From a virus: a stretch of DNA of 64,000 nt. The DNA is taken from the IMG/VR virus record IMGVR_UViG_3300010399_000002, positions 1-64,000 of that record; one strand, 5' to 3'. Shown piece by piece: positions 49,604-60,016 of the stretch. Position 1 is the stretch's first letter, and every line of letters starts with the position of its first letter. The notes below the pieces were generated by a model. It was not told the origin of the DNA. It ran no database searches and saw nothing but the letters and a program-made list of their open reading frames with translations. Position numbers and translations under genes: made by a program.

Positions 49604-50581
49604 TTAAACCACACGAACACCTTCAAAGAACTCCCGTCTTGAAGCTAGCAAACTCGTCATCTCATAATCAGAACATAGACGAACAAATTCAAGATACCTT
49701 TTTCTCTTCTCGGCGTACGACATACACCTCAGCGTACCGCACTTGAGATATGCACGCAACTCGTACAGTTGCTTTTGAACCACCTCACGACAGTCTGATG
49801 GTAGCAACGAATAACCTGTATCTCGTGGAATGACCGCAAGCTGCCAACATTTGTGCACATTGTCCCAATGCTGTTCCAACTGCGGATACGCCTTCTTCAC
49901 CTGGGAAGTAAGTTTAGCAAATCTTTTTGTGGATGGAGTAACACCTGCTAGGATCATGGCACTAGCACGAGCCGGACCTATACCCGCAACTGACTTATAA
50001 TTATCACTGCTGTCCCCAGACAGAGCCTTGTACTCCGCCCATTGGTCTGGACGCAAACCGTGAGACTTGGCTAGATCGAAACTGGCAACAGCGACTGGAT
50101 TCTTGGGCAGTGGTCGAAGCACTCGTACCTTTTTGGAAATCAACTGGTAGAAGTCTGCATCTGTGGAGTAGATCCAAACACGGTTGACTGACTTGTGATC
50201 TTGGCACACCTGACTGAAGATACCTATGAGATCGTCCGCCTCGAGACCGTCAACCCTGAACTGCATGAAGCCCAGAACTTCGATGAATTTCTCTAGCACT
50301 GGCAACTGCATGAATACTACTGCTCGAGCTTCCTTTTGTTCTGGAGTACTCGCACGAGAAGCCTTGTAGGTACTAACGATCTTCTTGCGCCAGACAGATT
50401 GGCTGTCCCAACAGATGACTATCTCCGATGAGTACTTGGACATCAAAGCTCGAAGGCTAGACAAGAAGCCATAAATGATCCCAGTAGGAAAGGACTTGCC
50501 TTCAATTGTAGTACTGAGATTAAAAGCAAAACCACAACGATAAACTATGTTCATACCATCAACTAGTATTATGTCCTTCAA
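49604..50581 (-). CDS. 5'-3' exonuclease / flap endonuclease (PIN plus H3TH)
   Basis: ILVDGMN, CWD, YKASR, EADDLIG, STDADFYQL, LSGDSSDNY..V.GIGP. Confidence 0.93.
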   Translation of the reverse strand: MKDIILVDGMNIVYRCGFAFNLSTTIEGKSFPTGIIYGFLSSLRALMSKYSSEIVICWDSQSVWRKKIVSTYKASRASTPEQKEARAVVFMQLPVLEKFIEVLGFMQFRVDGLEADDLIGIFSQVCQDHKSVNRVWIYSTDADFYQLISKKVRVLRPLPKNPVAVASFDLAKSHGLRPDQWAEYKALSGDSSDNYKSVAGIGPARASAMILAGVTPSTKRFAKLTSQVKKAYPQLEQHWDNVHKCWQLAVIPRDTGYSLLPSDCREVVQKQLYELRAYLKCGTLRCMSYAEKRKRYLEFVRLCSDYEMTSLLASRREFFEGVRVV

Positions 50582-51363
50582 GCAACACCTCGTGAACGCA
50601 CAGAACTTATTGCCTGCTGTATAGTTGCAATCGCCTTGTCTGGATACTTTGTAACAGTATGATTACTGATTCGTACAACAACGTAACCTGCACGCTCTAA
50701 ACGCCTAGTCGCTAGACGTGTCCGCTTAGTCTGCTGCTGATCAACCTCTAACGCTATATTGTAATCGTACAGATAAAAATCGACTATAAGACCTGCAAGC
50801 AGAACTTGAGAATGATACCTAGTCTTCAAATTGTAACGAAGTATTCTACGCAGGCACTTCTCTGTTGGAGTAAGATTGCGTCTGTATGTAATTGCACGAG
50901 ACTGCAAACGCCTTAACCTAACAGACTCATCCTTCCAACTACTACGTAGACTTTTTGACTTGCGGGCCAACGTCTTAACGCCTCTACTGGCTTTGGCTTG
51001 ATTGGTGCGATAAACAGGATTAGTCCAACGTCTCTTTGCTGCTCTTGACTGTTTAATACGAACCGCAGGACTACTATTAGCTCGACTTAAAGCTGCGACC
51101 TGCGTTAGTCTGAACTGTGGATCTTGCCATAACTTTTTCATCTGAACTGATCTGTCTGCACGTACAATTGGATCTTTGTTTAACTCAATTGTTGCTTTAG
51201 CTTGCTTAGCTCTGTACTCTGGGCTCTGCCAACGCCTCTTAGCAGCACGATAGTTACTAATAGATCGCTTAGCTCGAACAACCGGATCTTTGTTGGCCTT
51301 CTGCTGCTTAGCTCTGTACTCAGGCCTTTTCCACTTTAGTCTCTGTGCTTCTGATCTGGTCAC
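50578..51363 (-). mobile_element. DUF559-like homing endonuclease gene inserted into the 5' end of the exonuclease gene
   Basis: W..PEYRAKQ repeats; TPTE...QVLL..LIVDFYL...LEVDQ; flanked by two versions of MKDIILVDGM. Confidence 0.8.
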
Positions 51364-51407
51364 TAGCAATCTCCAATCATACCGTCGACAAGAATGATGT
51401 CTTTCAT
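51363..51407 (-). pseudogene. Orphaned original 5' end of the exonuclease gene (MKDIILVDGMIGDC*)
   Basis: First 10 codons encode the same peptide as 50581-50552. Confidence 0.85.
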
Positions 51408-51565
51408 CTAAGCCTCTTCACCAAGCTCTGTCTGCACCACGAAACAACTCCAATTTCCTTCGCTGCACCGCACTCTCTGCACGAACGACCATTCCGAGCG
51501 CTGTATGAATTATGCGCAACAGCACTCGATAGACCGTGATCTTGTCTTCCGTACTCAACGTCACC

Positions 51566-51784
51566 TTAGTTCCTATCACCGTCGCCCAATACTAGATCTG
51601 CGTCTTCACTTCCGCAACCGGGAGAATCTGATTCTGCAACCGTGACCTTGTCGGTCTCGACGTACAACTGGTATAGTGCGATAGCCTTTCGTACCACTTG
51701 CCTCTGACTGATCTGTTGCTTCTCTGCCAACTTCTCAACCACCTTGGCGTCTTTGTTATTGAGCTGTACTGTGAATTGTGACAT
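51566..51784 (-). CDS. Ribbon-helix-helix (CopG-like) protein
   Basis: QFTVQL...VVEKLAEKQQISQRQVVRKAI. Confidence 0.65.
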   Translation of the reverse strand: MSQFTVQLNNKDAKVVEKLAEKQQISQRQVVRKAIALYQLYVETDKVTVAESDSPGCGSEDADLVLGDGDRN

Positions 51785-52346
51785 GGGTCTCTACTCCTCG
51801 ATGTAAGTTGCTGTTAGATTTTTGTACTCCAAACTCGTCAAACGAAAACTAGTTCCTGGTACCGGCATAACCTTACCGCAATCACCCAAAAGCGTTGGAA
51901 CATCCAAAACTGGTTGGGTGTACCTCGGCGGTGGAGGCCAGTCCAACTCGATAACCTCAGTATGTCCGTTCAACCTCAACAAATGAGCTGCGCACTTTTT
52001 CTCAGACATCTTCCCTCCATGCCCAATGCACAATCATGAAATCGTACAAAGCCTTTTCATCACTGTCGTACGTGTAACCTTTTTGTGCTGCTGAAGCCTT
52101 TTGCCTGCGGATGGCCTCTTCCTCAGTAATCTTCACTGCTGGTTCTCCGCACTCGTTGTAGACTATCATAAAGACTCCAATCTAGGAATATCAGTAACCC
52201 TTGGAGGATCTTCACCTTCAAACCACTCGATAATCTCACCACAATCCGGTACTGGACATATCAGCTCTGCGTAGTCCGTATCTTCTGGCATGTCGTTTGC
52301 AAAAACTATTAGACCGCAACCATGGCACCGCTTCTCGATATACATA

Positions 52347-53300
52347 TCACACCTGAGCTGCATACGCTAACATGGTCATCCGCAAATGCCAACTGAATTT
52401 GACAACTCGTTGCAACACTGTGAGCAACGACTTATCTGAAAGTTCATCGGCCTGTTTACGACTCTTAGGTGGTGGCCAGCACACTAACACATTGTATCTC
52501 TTGTCCAACTGTTCTGCGGTTTGTACTGTGGCTTCGATCCCAACTCGATCCGGATCTGGATATAGGATGATTCTCTTGCACTCGACCTCGATCAATTGTG
52601 ACAACATGGTCTCGGTCAACGTGTGACCCAACATGGCCAATGAACGAGTAGTTCTCCACGCCTCCGGCAATTCACTCATTGTGCGCTCAATGGCTAGAGC
52701 CTTGAAGATACCCTCAGCGATACAAACCGTAGGGGCTGTTGGAACGTTGTTTAGACCCCACAGGTACTTCTCGCCTGGAGAATTGAGGTATTTGATTGGG
52801 CTCCTACCGCTAAAGTCACGGCACACCAGACCTTTTAACTCGTCCTCGTAGAAGATTGGGAAGACTATCCTGTACGCATATCTGCCACTGAGAGACACGC
52901 CTACATGATGCTTTCTTAACAAGTCCTTACTTACCCGACGAGCGTACATGTACTTCTGAGCTTTGCGTACCAACGGATCACTGTCTTCTCTATGCAGCAA
53001 CTGAAAATCGATGGGCAGTTTAACTGGACCTTGTTTCTTGGCCTCTACGGTATCTTGTTCAAGACCACCACCTTGGATAGCTAATTCTCCTAGAACCAGT
53101 TTGGGTGCATCGCGCCCTACGCGCCAGTCACAGTTAAAACAGTGTCCCTGACCCGTAACGATATTGACACCCAAACGGAACTTGATGTCTTCACCTTCCC
53201 CACGCTCGGCACAGAACGGACAACACATCCAGATCTCTTGAGGATCTCCAGTACGCTTGTACCTGATCCCACTGGCTATAAGTGTCTCAAGGAAAGTCAT
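52347..53300 (-). CDS. DNA primase (Zn ribbon plus TOPRIM)
   Basis: CPFC...CFNC, RIVFPI, KYLN, IAEG, YPDPD. Confidence 0.88.
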   Translation of the reverse strand: MTFLETLIASGIRYKRTGDPQEIWMCCPFCAERGEGEDIKFRLGVNIVTGQGHCFNCDWRVGRDAPKLVLGELAIQGGGLEQDTVEAKKQGPVKLPIDFQLLHREDSDPLVRKAQKYMYARRVSKDLLRKHHVGVSLSGRYAYRIVFPIFYEDELKGLVCRDFSGRSPIKYLNSPGEKYLWGLNNVPTAPTVCIAEGIFKALAIERTMSELPEAWRTTRSLAMLGHTLTETMLSQLIEVECKRIILYPDPDRVGIEATVQTAEQLDKRYNVLVCWPPPKSRKQADELSDKSLLTVLQRVVKFSWHLRMTMLAYAAQV

Positions 53301-54175
53301 TGGCTACCACTTTTTGATAACTTTAGTAACTTACGCAATCGTGCTTCTGACCTAGCTAAACCTCGAATCAACTGCTCACTTGTAAAACGAGCGACGCGAT
53401 ACTTGTACGCACGAAGAGTTAAATCTCGAAACGCATCTCTACGCTGATTATCTGGGTGATTATGTCTCGGCCCGTCGCACTCAATGACCAATCGAGACAA
53501 AGGAACTAGAAAATCAACTATGCAATTATGTAGTACAACTTGACACTGATACTTAACGCCTAATCTGTTCAACAGATACGACATTATATCTTCTATACCC
53601 GTTGGACGCTTACGCATAGACCTGGCAAAGCAAGTCAGAAAATACTTACGCCAATCTGGATCGTTCCACTGTTCCTTGTGAGTGCGACTTTGATTTATTT
53701 TGACCTTCTCTTTGTAACCAGGTCTCTTCCAACGAGCTGTAACTTCATGCCGAACTGCATCACTTATACGCTGACGATAAACTGGATCTCTCCAATTACG
53801 TTTACCGAGCTTGGACTTCTTATGCCTTGTTCTTGGATCTGCTAGAACCTTTCTCATCCTAACAGATTGTTCGGCCTTGCGTTCTGGTGTCCAGTACTTT
53901 TTAATGACCGCAGACTGCCTTAACTTGTAATCCGAAGTACGGGACTTTACTATAGCTGCTATCTGACTTTCACGCCAAACTGGATCTTTCCACAGAGCCT
54001 TCATGGCAGCTACATGACTCTTACGCCCTGAAACTGAACTGAGCTTCGCCTTTGAAATAGCTGCACCTCGAGCGGCCTTCCAACTTGGATCTGCCCAAAG
54101 CAATTTCATCTTAGCAATCTGATTACGACGACCTTGACGTGTCACCTCACCGGACTTACGTCTCTTCTTCTTCAT
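53297..54175 (-). CDS. Free-standing putative homing endonuclease (DUF559-like)
   Basis: W.DP repeats; PTGIE...IVDFL...VIECDGPRH...RDAFRD; start uncertain. Confidence 0.8.
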   Translation of the reverse strand: MKKKRRKSGEVTRQGRRNQIAKMKLLWADPSWKAARGAAISKAKLSSVSGRKSHVAAMKALWKDPVWRESQIAAIVKSRTSDYKLRQSAVIKKYWTPERKAEQSVRMRKVLADPRTRHKKSKLGKRNWRDPVYRQRISDAVRHEVTARWKRPGYKEKVKINQSRTHKEQWNDPDWRKYFLTCFARSMRKRPTGIEDIMSYLLNRLGVKYQCQVVLHNCIVDFLVPLSRLVIECDGPRHNHPDNQRRDAFRDLTLRAYKYRVARFTSEQLIRGLARSEARLRKLLKLSKSGSQ

Positions 54176-55520
54176 AACTTCGAGAACTAACCTCCTCACG
54201 CATCTTTTTAATGGTAGCGTCTCTATCGTATATAAGCATTCTCTCCTTATCACTCATAATGTTGCAACCCACATGCTGTTTGGTAAACTTAGACGCTGCT
54301 ACCCACAAGTACAAACCGTTTTCGTCGTCCCAATCGCCTTGCCCGAGCGATATGGCTAACGTTACCTTGCGGACCTTACTGATGTCTTCTGCAAGACGAT
54401 CACCTGATAAGATCTTGAATGACTCCGTTCCGCGTTGTGTCTGAGCTGCTGTCCAGAGTATCACTTGCTTGCGGGCTGCGAATTGACGTAACTCACGGTA
54501 CACGTCGGCAAACTCCATACGTCGATCGGCTTGCTTCTTCGATGGACGAATCTCATCATCGTAGTCGATAATCACAACATCGGCACTGAAGCCTTGACCG
54601 CGCTCTTTTTCCCATGCGGCTTCGATCATCGGCACACTGAATCCGGACTCCGTACCATCAATGATCTTCAAACGTCCTTTGAGCAGGCGCTTGTACAACA
54701 TGAACCTGTATCTCAAAGTCTTCGTCATGGTCGTCAACTTCGAATACGGCAAATTGGCAACCGCGGCGTCGAACCTATCCTCAACATCGTCCTGAGGATC
54801 TTCGAGTGTAATAAATATGACATTCAGTCTCTGAAGAGTGTATGCCAAAGCCAACCAAAGCAAAGTGAGAGACTTCCCACGCTTGTATGGTGCTATGAAA
54901 AGACCAAGATGACCTGGACCTATGTTCCTGATAAGAAGGTCTAGTGGATCTATCAGGAACAATGGATGCTTCCGATCTTTACTGCTATCTCGACGGGCGA
55001 TGCGGACTTCCAACTCTTTGTTACTGAAGAACTCCGTGGACCGATATGGATCTTTGGAAAAGACATCCACGGCCCCGCGACAGATATCTAACCATTTCTC
55101 ATCGGATAGCTGACCTTTGGCTTGCAAATCTACGATCTCTTCGATGGCTGCTGCCTTGGACTTCTCACGCTTGAACTGCACCACTTTGTCGAGCAGTGAA
55201 TCTGCAGCCAGGATCTTCTTGCGACGCAGGCCTTGTCCGTACTCGGTTAACGAAGTCCTGAATGAATCTTTGGCTCGTGATGATCTGCAATAGTCGAGTA
55301 TCTCCGTAGACAGGAGCTTTCCCAACGGGTGCTTGTACTTCTGGTAGTAGTCTAATGCTAACTGAACGAGTATCCACCTTTCCCGACCGTACTCATGGCC
55401 GTTTCTTGGACGGAAGTCTGCAGCAGTCAACAAATGACTGGATGCAATCAAGAACCTCTTGTCCTTGATCAGAAGAGCTGCAAGCAAATCCTGAAACTCG
55501 CTATTGTCGAAATATGTCAT
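54156..55520 (-). CDS. DnaB-like replicative helicase
   Basis: APYKRGKS, ITLED, IIDYDD, WTAAQTQR, LAEDISK. Confidence 0.9.
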   Translation of the reverse strand: MTYFDNSEFQDLLAALLIKDKRFLIASSHLLTAADFRPRNGHEYGRERWILVQLALDYYQKYKHPLGKLLSTEILDYCRSSRAKDSFRTSLTEYGQGLRRKKILAADSLLDKVVQFKREKSKAAAIEEIVDLQAKGQLSDEKWLDICRGAVDVFSKDPYRSTEFFSNKELEVRIARRDSSKDRKHPLFLIDPLDLLIRNIGPGHLGLFIAPYKRGKSLTLLWLALAYTLQRLNVIFITLEDPQDDVEDRFDAAVANLPYSKLTTMTKTLRYRFMLYKRLLKGRLKIIDGTESGFSVPMIEAAWEKERGQGFSADVVIIDYDDEIRPSKKQADRRMEFADVYRELRQFAARKQVILWTAAQTQRGTESFKILSGDRLAEDISKVRKVTLAISLGQGDWDDENGLYLWVAASKFTKQHVGCNIMSDKERMLIYDRDATIKKMREEVSSRSYEEEET

Positions 55521-56365
55521 TCACCCTTACCAACGAATCTTCATTGTACGAAGTTCTTCGTCCATGGCCATACGTTCTAAACCCGTTAACTTTGGCTCGG
55601 CTTCTTTGGCACATAACGAACGAACTGGTGGTAGCTGCAAAGTACTACTCAACTGGATCTTTTTGGAAATTATATGTTGGCCGCAGTCCAAACACGCTAT
55701 CTCATCCATTCCCGCACCTGAACAAATTGCCTTTCCGTCAGAACCGTTCCTTTGGCACTTGAACACATTCGACGTATTCCTATGCCTGCAACCAAAGAAA
55801 AACTGAAATAGTTTATCTAGCATCTCGCCACTCCTTTTCTCATTGTTGATCGTAGAAATGGTCACATTCCTGACAGAAGAAACTTTGTGGCAGTTTTTCG
55901 GACGGATGGTAGAAAGCCTCAACCTGATGACCGTCTGGACAGATTGCCACTAAACGAATTGTACGGAGCCTCATAACTGGATCTCGCGATGCCTCGTTAG
56001 TCTTATCGCCACGAAAGATCTGCATCTGAGCACCGGCGGTACATTGGATGACTTCCGATGGTGTAGTACTCACAACGCCTCCCTGAGCATCTGACTGTCC
56101 ACCAAAGCACGAATGGCCTCGCCTGGTGTAGTGCCGAACTTGTGGGCTTCACCGTTCTCCGCAAACGCTCGAATGATTGAAACCTCGGCAGCAACAGGTA
56201 CTATCCACTGCGGTCGCGTAACTATGGCCAACACTGTGTTCTCCGGCAACTTGGACAGAGCCTTTTCCAACAGCAACCAATTTTCAGCTGCGTCCAGTAA
56301 CTGTATGGTTACGTCTGCTGGTACGGCATTTGGATTCTCACGCCATAGAGCAATAGTATCGAGTG

Positions 56366-56812
56366 TCATTCCTCTTCCTCCATCTTGATTGGCTTGATAT
56401 GCTTGAACTTGTACACACCTTTCCACGCGCGTTTGAATGTAGCAGCCTTGGCTTTGGACAACGTTGTCATTGCACGACGAACTGTTACCGGATGTACTTT
56501 TAGCATCTTGGCTAACTTGACTGGAACGATATTGGACTGGGTATCTGTGGCTCTTTTGAATATTCCCAGCCAGTTTGGAATGGTGTACTCGCGAGTTGAC
56601 TTGTTTGGAAAGTACTTTTTCATGGTGCCGGTGGCTGAAAGGACTTTGACCTTGCGACGACCATACTCGCGACGAGTAACATACTGTGTTGGCTTGACCG
56701 TGATGGCACTCTGACCGAGTATAGCGTACGCCTCGCGCAGAACAGCAGCCTCATGGTCTAATTGGACCAAGCGTTTCTTGATAGCTTCGAGAACTTCTGA
56801 AGTCGTTGTCAT
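56366..56812 (-). CDS. Winged-helix DNA-binding protein
   Basis: KLAKMLKVHPVTVRRAMTTL...KGVY. Confidence 0.6.
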   Translation of the reverse strand: MTTTSEVLEAIKKRLVQLDHEAAVLREAYAILGQSAITVKPTQYVTRREYGRRKVKVLSATGTMKKYFPNKSTREYTIPNWLGIFKRATDTQSNIVPVKLAKMLKVHPVTVRRAMTTLSKAKAATFKRAWKGVYKFKHIKPIKMEEEE

Positions 56813-56888
56813 AATGTATCTCCAACATCTACACCGCAACTCTTCAAAGAAAGATTGATCATGCTGCCCTCCTTGACCATGACTCGTC

Positions 56889-57734
56889 TCATTCGTACTC
56901 TCCTTTTTCAATCTTCTTTAAGCAAAAATCCCGCATGGAAAAAACCGTAACACAGTTGCTATAAGCTTGATAGTCTCGATCGTACACATTGCACGAATCA
57001 GTTGTGTACACATGGTCGAAGAACTGAAGCAATTTGGTTAGTCCGTTTGAAAATATACCGTGCGTTACATATAGACCCAAACGACTAACTCCTTTAGCCT
57101 TCAACTGTTCTGCCAATCCGACAAACGTGCCGCCACCATCACAGATGTCGTCGATAATCAACGTGGGCTGTCCACCTAACTCTTCCTTACTCGGTGTCTC
57201 AAATCCGGACAACTTACCTGTAGCTGGATCCCGTATCTTGGAAGCCTGTAAAGGAACCCCACGGTAACGCTCTTTGGCGCCTGCATCTGGAACTAGGATG
57301 TTGACTGATTCTTTAACTTTAGTTGAAAATTGCTTTTGAGCTGCATCGACCAAACTTACCGGACTCAGATTTACCAAATTAGGTATGAACTGTTTGGCAA
57401 ACCGAGAATGAACATCAACAGTGTAGACATGATGAATACCAAGTGTGCTTAAGTACGAAGCAAACATGTCCAAACCGTGACAATCACCTGGCACGAAACG
57501 GCGATCCGCTCGACTGAACGGTAAATAAGGCAAGCACAGTGACACTCGTTGTTGAGGTCGTTTACGAGCTTGAATGGCGCTAATACACAGACCAATCTCC
57601 ACGATATCTCGACTGGTAGTATATAGCAACACTCGATCACTATTGTGGGTAATCGACTTGCAACGTACCTGTAGTTCACCGGCAGGGTACTTGAACATCT
57701 CAAAGTCTGATCGAAACAAAGTTAATAGCGGCAT
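56889..57734 (-). CDS. PRPP-synthetase-like protein (candidate Adps, ADPR-PP synthase)
   Basis: FKYPAGE, PYLPFSRADR, VDVHS, PDAGA, IIDDICDGGGTF, VTHGIFS. Confidence 0.88.
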   Translation of the reverse strand: MPLLTLFRSDFEMFKYPAGELQVRCKSITHNSDRVLLYTTSRDIVEIGLCISAIQARKRPQQRVSLCLPYLPFSRADRRFVPGDCHGLDMFASYLSTLGIHHVYTVDVHSRFAKQFIPNLVNLSPVSLVDAAQKQFSTKVKESVNILVPDAGAKERYRGVPLQASKIRDPATGKLSGFETPSKEELGGQPTLIIDDICDGGGTFVGLAEQLKAKGVSRLGLYVTHGIFSNGLTKLLQFFDHVYTTDSCNVYDRDYQAYSNCVTVFSMRDFCLKKIEKGEYE

Positions 57735-59242
57735 CCTTGAATCACCCTTTCCCGAACAGTATCGAACGGAACATCTACCAGCAACTTCCCATCCTCGAAC
57801 ACCTTCTCCAACGCGCAGTGTTCTAAAGCATCTTCTGTAGACATGTCTCGAGCATAGTAGATGGGCTTGTCTGGTGTGGACCATTCCGTACGGTATACAA
57901 CAGGTATTCCTTTAAGGGAGAACTTCGTTCCGTCATCCGTGACTGGCTTCTTGAAGATGGAAAGTATTTCACCTCCCCGACGAACGGCAGTAGCCTTCAT
58001 GGCAAAGCCGTAAGTGTCCCGCGTGACGTAGCAATACGTGTACGAACCAATGCCCAACACAACATTGTACGGAGACAGATGCAACTTGTGAACGGTCTTA
58101 CTCAGAATAGCATCGGCGCGTTCTGGAGTAATACTGTCACCATATATCAAACCGCCGTTCTTGATGAGTGGTAGACCTTGACGGTTTGAATCCGTACCCA
58201 ATGCTGTAGCTAACAACTGAATAGCACCGTAGAAAGCGGGATGATCTCGATAGGTCTTGTAGCTGTGAGAATGTCCGGCCATGCTATCATCGCCGCACAA
58301 AATATCGACAGGGTCACCGGAATCTGGACGGATTACCAACTTACCTTGACGAGCAAGTATCTTGCCCTTCAACCGTGGCACATAGTCGGTCAGCACCTTC
58401 CACAGATCCCAAGTGTCTGACACGATGGACAGAATACCAGTTGGATACACGTCAAACAGCAGACGCTCGAAGGTCTCAAACTCTGCTATATCCAATCCGG
58501 CTGACATCACACTGTGTTCTGTAGCTGGAACCGAGCCTCCAATGGTGAGCTTAGCTCCATAATACTGTTTAGCAGCTACGACTGCGGGCACCGTATCTGT
58601 ACCGGAAAAACAGAACAAATGTCCCAGACCAGACTGAATAGCATCCTCGATTCCGCCCATGCCGCGGCACGAAAAGTCGTGGCCTTGCCAATCGACAAAA
58701 CCAAGATCTTCTTCACCGGCCTCTTTGGCGTATTGCTCGAAGATCCGCCTGTACCTTTGTGCAGTTGTAGCAGATGTAGCAATACGCCACAATCCGGCGG
58801 ACAAAAGCGTCTCGAGGTAATTTGGCAACCAGAATGCCTCTGGTCGCGTATTGGTGATGACTAAAGCTGGTACACCGAATGGTACACCGTGGCCTTCGGG
58901 CAGGGCATATACCTTGATGGGAAGATACCCGAGTCTGTGCAGCGCTTGGATGTGATCCACTCTTGGACTCTTTACGCCCAAACAGCTACTGACCACATCT
59001 TTGTACTCCGACAAGACCACACCTTCCGGAACGTTGAAGAAACCTTGATTGAAGTCCTCGAGTAGATGCTTCTTGGCGAAATACGTAAAACCGACATTAG
59101 CTACTCGCGACAGACCGAGCACCCGCGACTTGCGCGGTGTCCAGTTACTCCACACCTGAGTAGTGTCTGATGGATACTGTTCGAAGTGACCGACCTTGTA
59201 GAAGTCGATGTTGAAAATCGGATTCGTCGGATTCCGAATCAT
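57722..59242 (-). CDS. NAMPT-like protein (candidate Namat)
   Basis: DFYKVGH..QYP, HDFSCRG, GTDT, VPATEHSVM, SIVSDTWD, IRPDSGDP, IYGDSIT, GIGS. Confidence 0.92.
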   Translation of the reverse strand: MIRNPTNPIFNIDFYKVGHFEQYPSDTTQVWSNWTPRKSRVLGLSRVANVGFTYFAKKHLLEDFNQGFFNVPEGVVLSEYKDVVSSCLGVKSPRVDHIQALHRLGYLPIKVYALPEGHGVPFGVPALVITNTRPEAFWLPNYLETLLSAGLWRIATSATTAQRYRRIFEQYAKEAGEEDLGFVDWQGHDFSCRGMGGIEDAIQSGLGHLFCFSGTDTVPAVVAAKQYYGAKLTIGGSVPATEHSVMSAGLDIAEFETFERLLFDVYPTGILSIVSDTWDLWKVLTDYVPRLKGKILARQGKLVIRPDSGDPVDILCGDDSMAGHSHSYKTYRDHPAFYGAIQLLATALGTDSNRQGLPLIKNGGLIYGDSITPERADAILSKTVHKLHLSPYNVVLGIGSYTYCYVTRDTYGFAMKATAVRRGGEILSIFKKPVTDDGTKFSLKGIPVVYRTEWSTPDKPIYYARDMSTEDALEHCALEKVFEDGKLLVDVPFDTVRERVIQGCRY

Positions 59243-59502
59243 GACCGACCTCCTTCCACTGGTACGTAGGTCTCTGCAAAGATGTCCGGCTTGCATGGAT
59301 ACTTCTCACCTTTGACCCCGGTAATGATCCAATCACCGGGAGTCACAACGTGAAAGTGGTCCTGCTTGCTCTCCAACGTAGTGATACAAAAACCGGTCTG
59401 TGACTCACGATTGATAGTGACCCCTTCTGGCCATGGTATCTGATCGGGAAAAAACTGAGCTGCCTCGACGATAACTGGTCTTTTTCTGAACAACGGCATC
59501 AC
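59239..59502 (-). CDS. Small conserved phage protein (PGDW/PGDYG-like)
   Basis: FRKRPVIVEA.QF...PGDWIITGVKGEKYPCKPDIFAETY. Confidence 0.75.
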   Translation of the reverse strand: MMPLFRKRPVIVEAAQFFPDQIPWPEGVTINRESQTGFCITTLESKQDHFHVVTPGDWIITGVKGEKYPCKPDIFAETYVPVEGGRS

Positions 59503-59512
59503 ACTCTCCTTT

Positions 59513-60016
59513 TCAAACTGCGTTCATCAACTGCTGGATATAATACCGGGCCTTCTCGTAGTTCCAAGCATGAATGAGCCTATCTATCTTCGTCGTATCT
59601 TCTCCTGGAAACAACTCGTCTGCGGTCTGGGTTAAAACCGAATCTCTCCAATCAATGGTGATGACTCTCTTGCGCCAACCGATCTTGATACGACCTTTGG
59701 CTGTTGTAACTATGTACCATGGTCGGTGCTCACAACATATATCTGGACAGTATCCGTTGGGAATAGCCTCAACGAAGATTGGTTGCTCGAAACAAGACAA
59801 AAGCAACTCGCGTTCTAAAACAGTTGTCTTATAGCGCTCAGAATCACTGCGATAGACTTCGGCAGTAAGCAACTTGTGAATCTCCTCTGTCTTTTGACTA
59901 ACTATTCGTCCTTGGGCCTCAGTTACCACACCACCTGGAACGCAAACCCTAACCTCAACTCCGATCTCACCTTCTCGGCCGATTGATTCATGTCGGCCTG
60001 CGTCAACATACGTCAT
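59513..60016 (-). CDS. Hypothetical phage protein
   Basis: IPNGYC...PWYIVTT..GRIKIGWRKRVI.IDW motif; start set at MTYVDAG. Confidence 0.7.
   Translation of the reverse strand: MTYVDAGRHESIGREGEIGVEVRVCVPGGVVTEAQGRIVSQKTEEIHKLLTAEVYRSDSERYKTTVLERELLLSCFEQPIFVEAIPNGYCPDICCEHRPWYIVTTAKGRIKIGWRKRVITIDWRDSVLTQTADELFPGEDTTKIDRLIHAWNYEKARYYIQQLMNAV

Noticed and set aside
25708-54175. Endonuclease genes as group I intron or intein cargo
   Set aside because: Flanking genes look complete, there is almost no non-coding sequence for an intron core, and no intein C/S...HN motifs were seen in TerL, PolA, helicase or RecA
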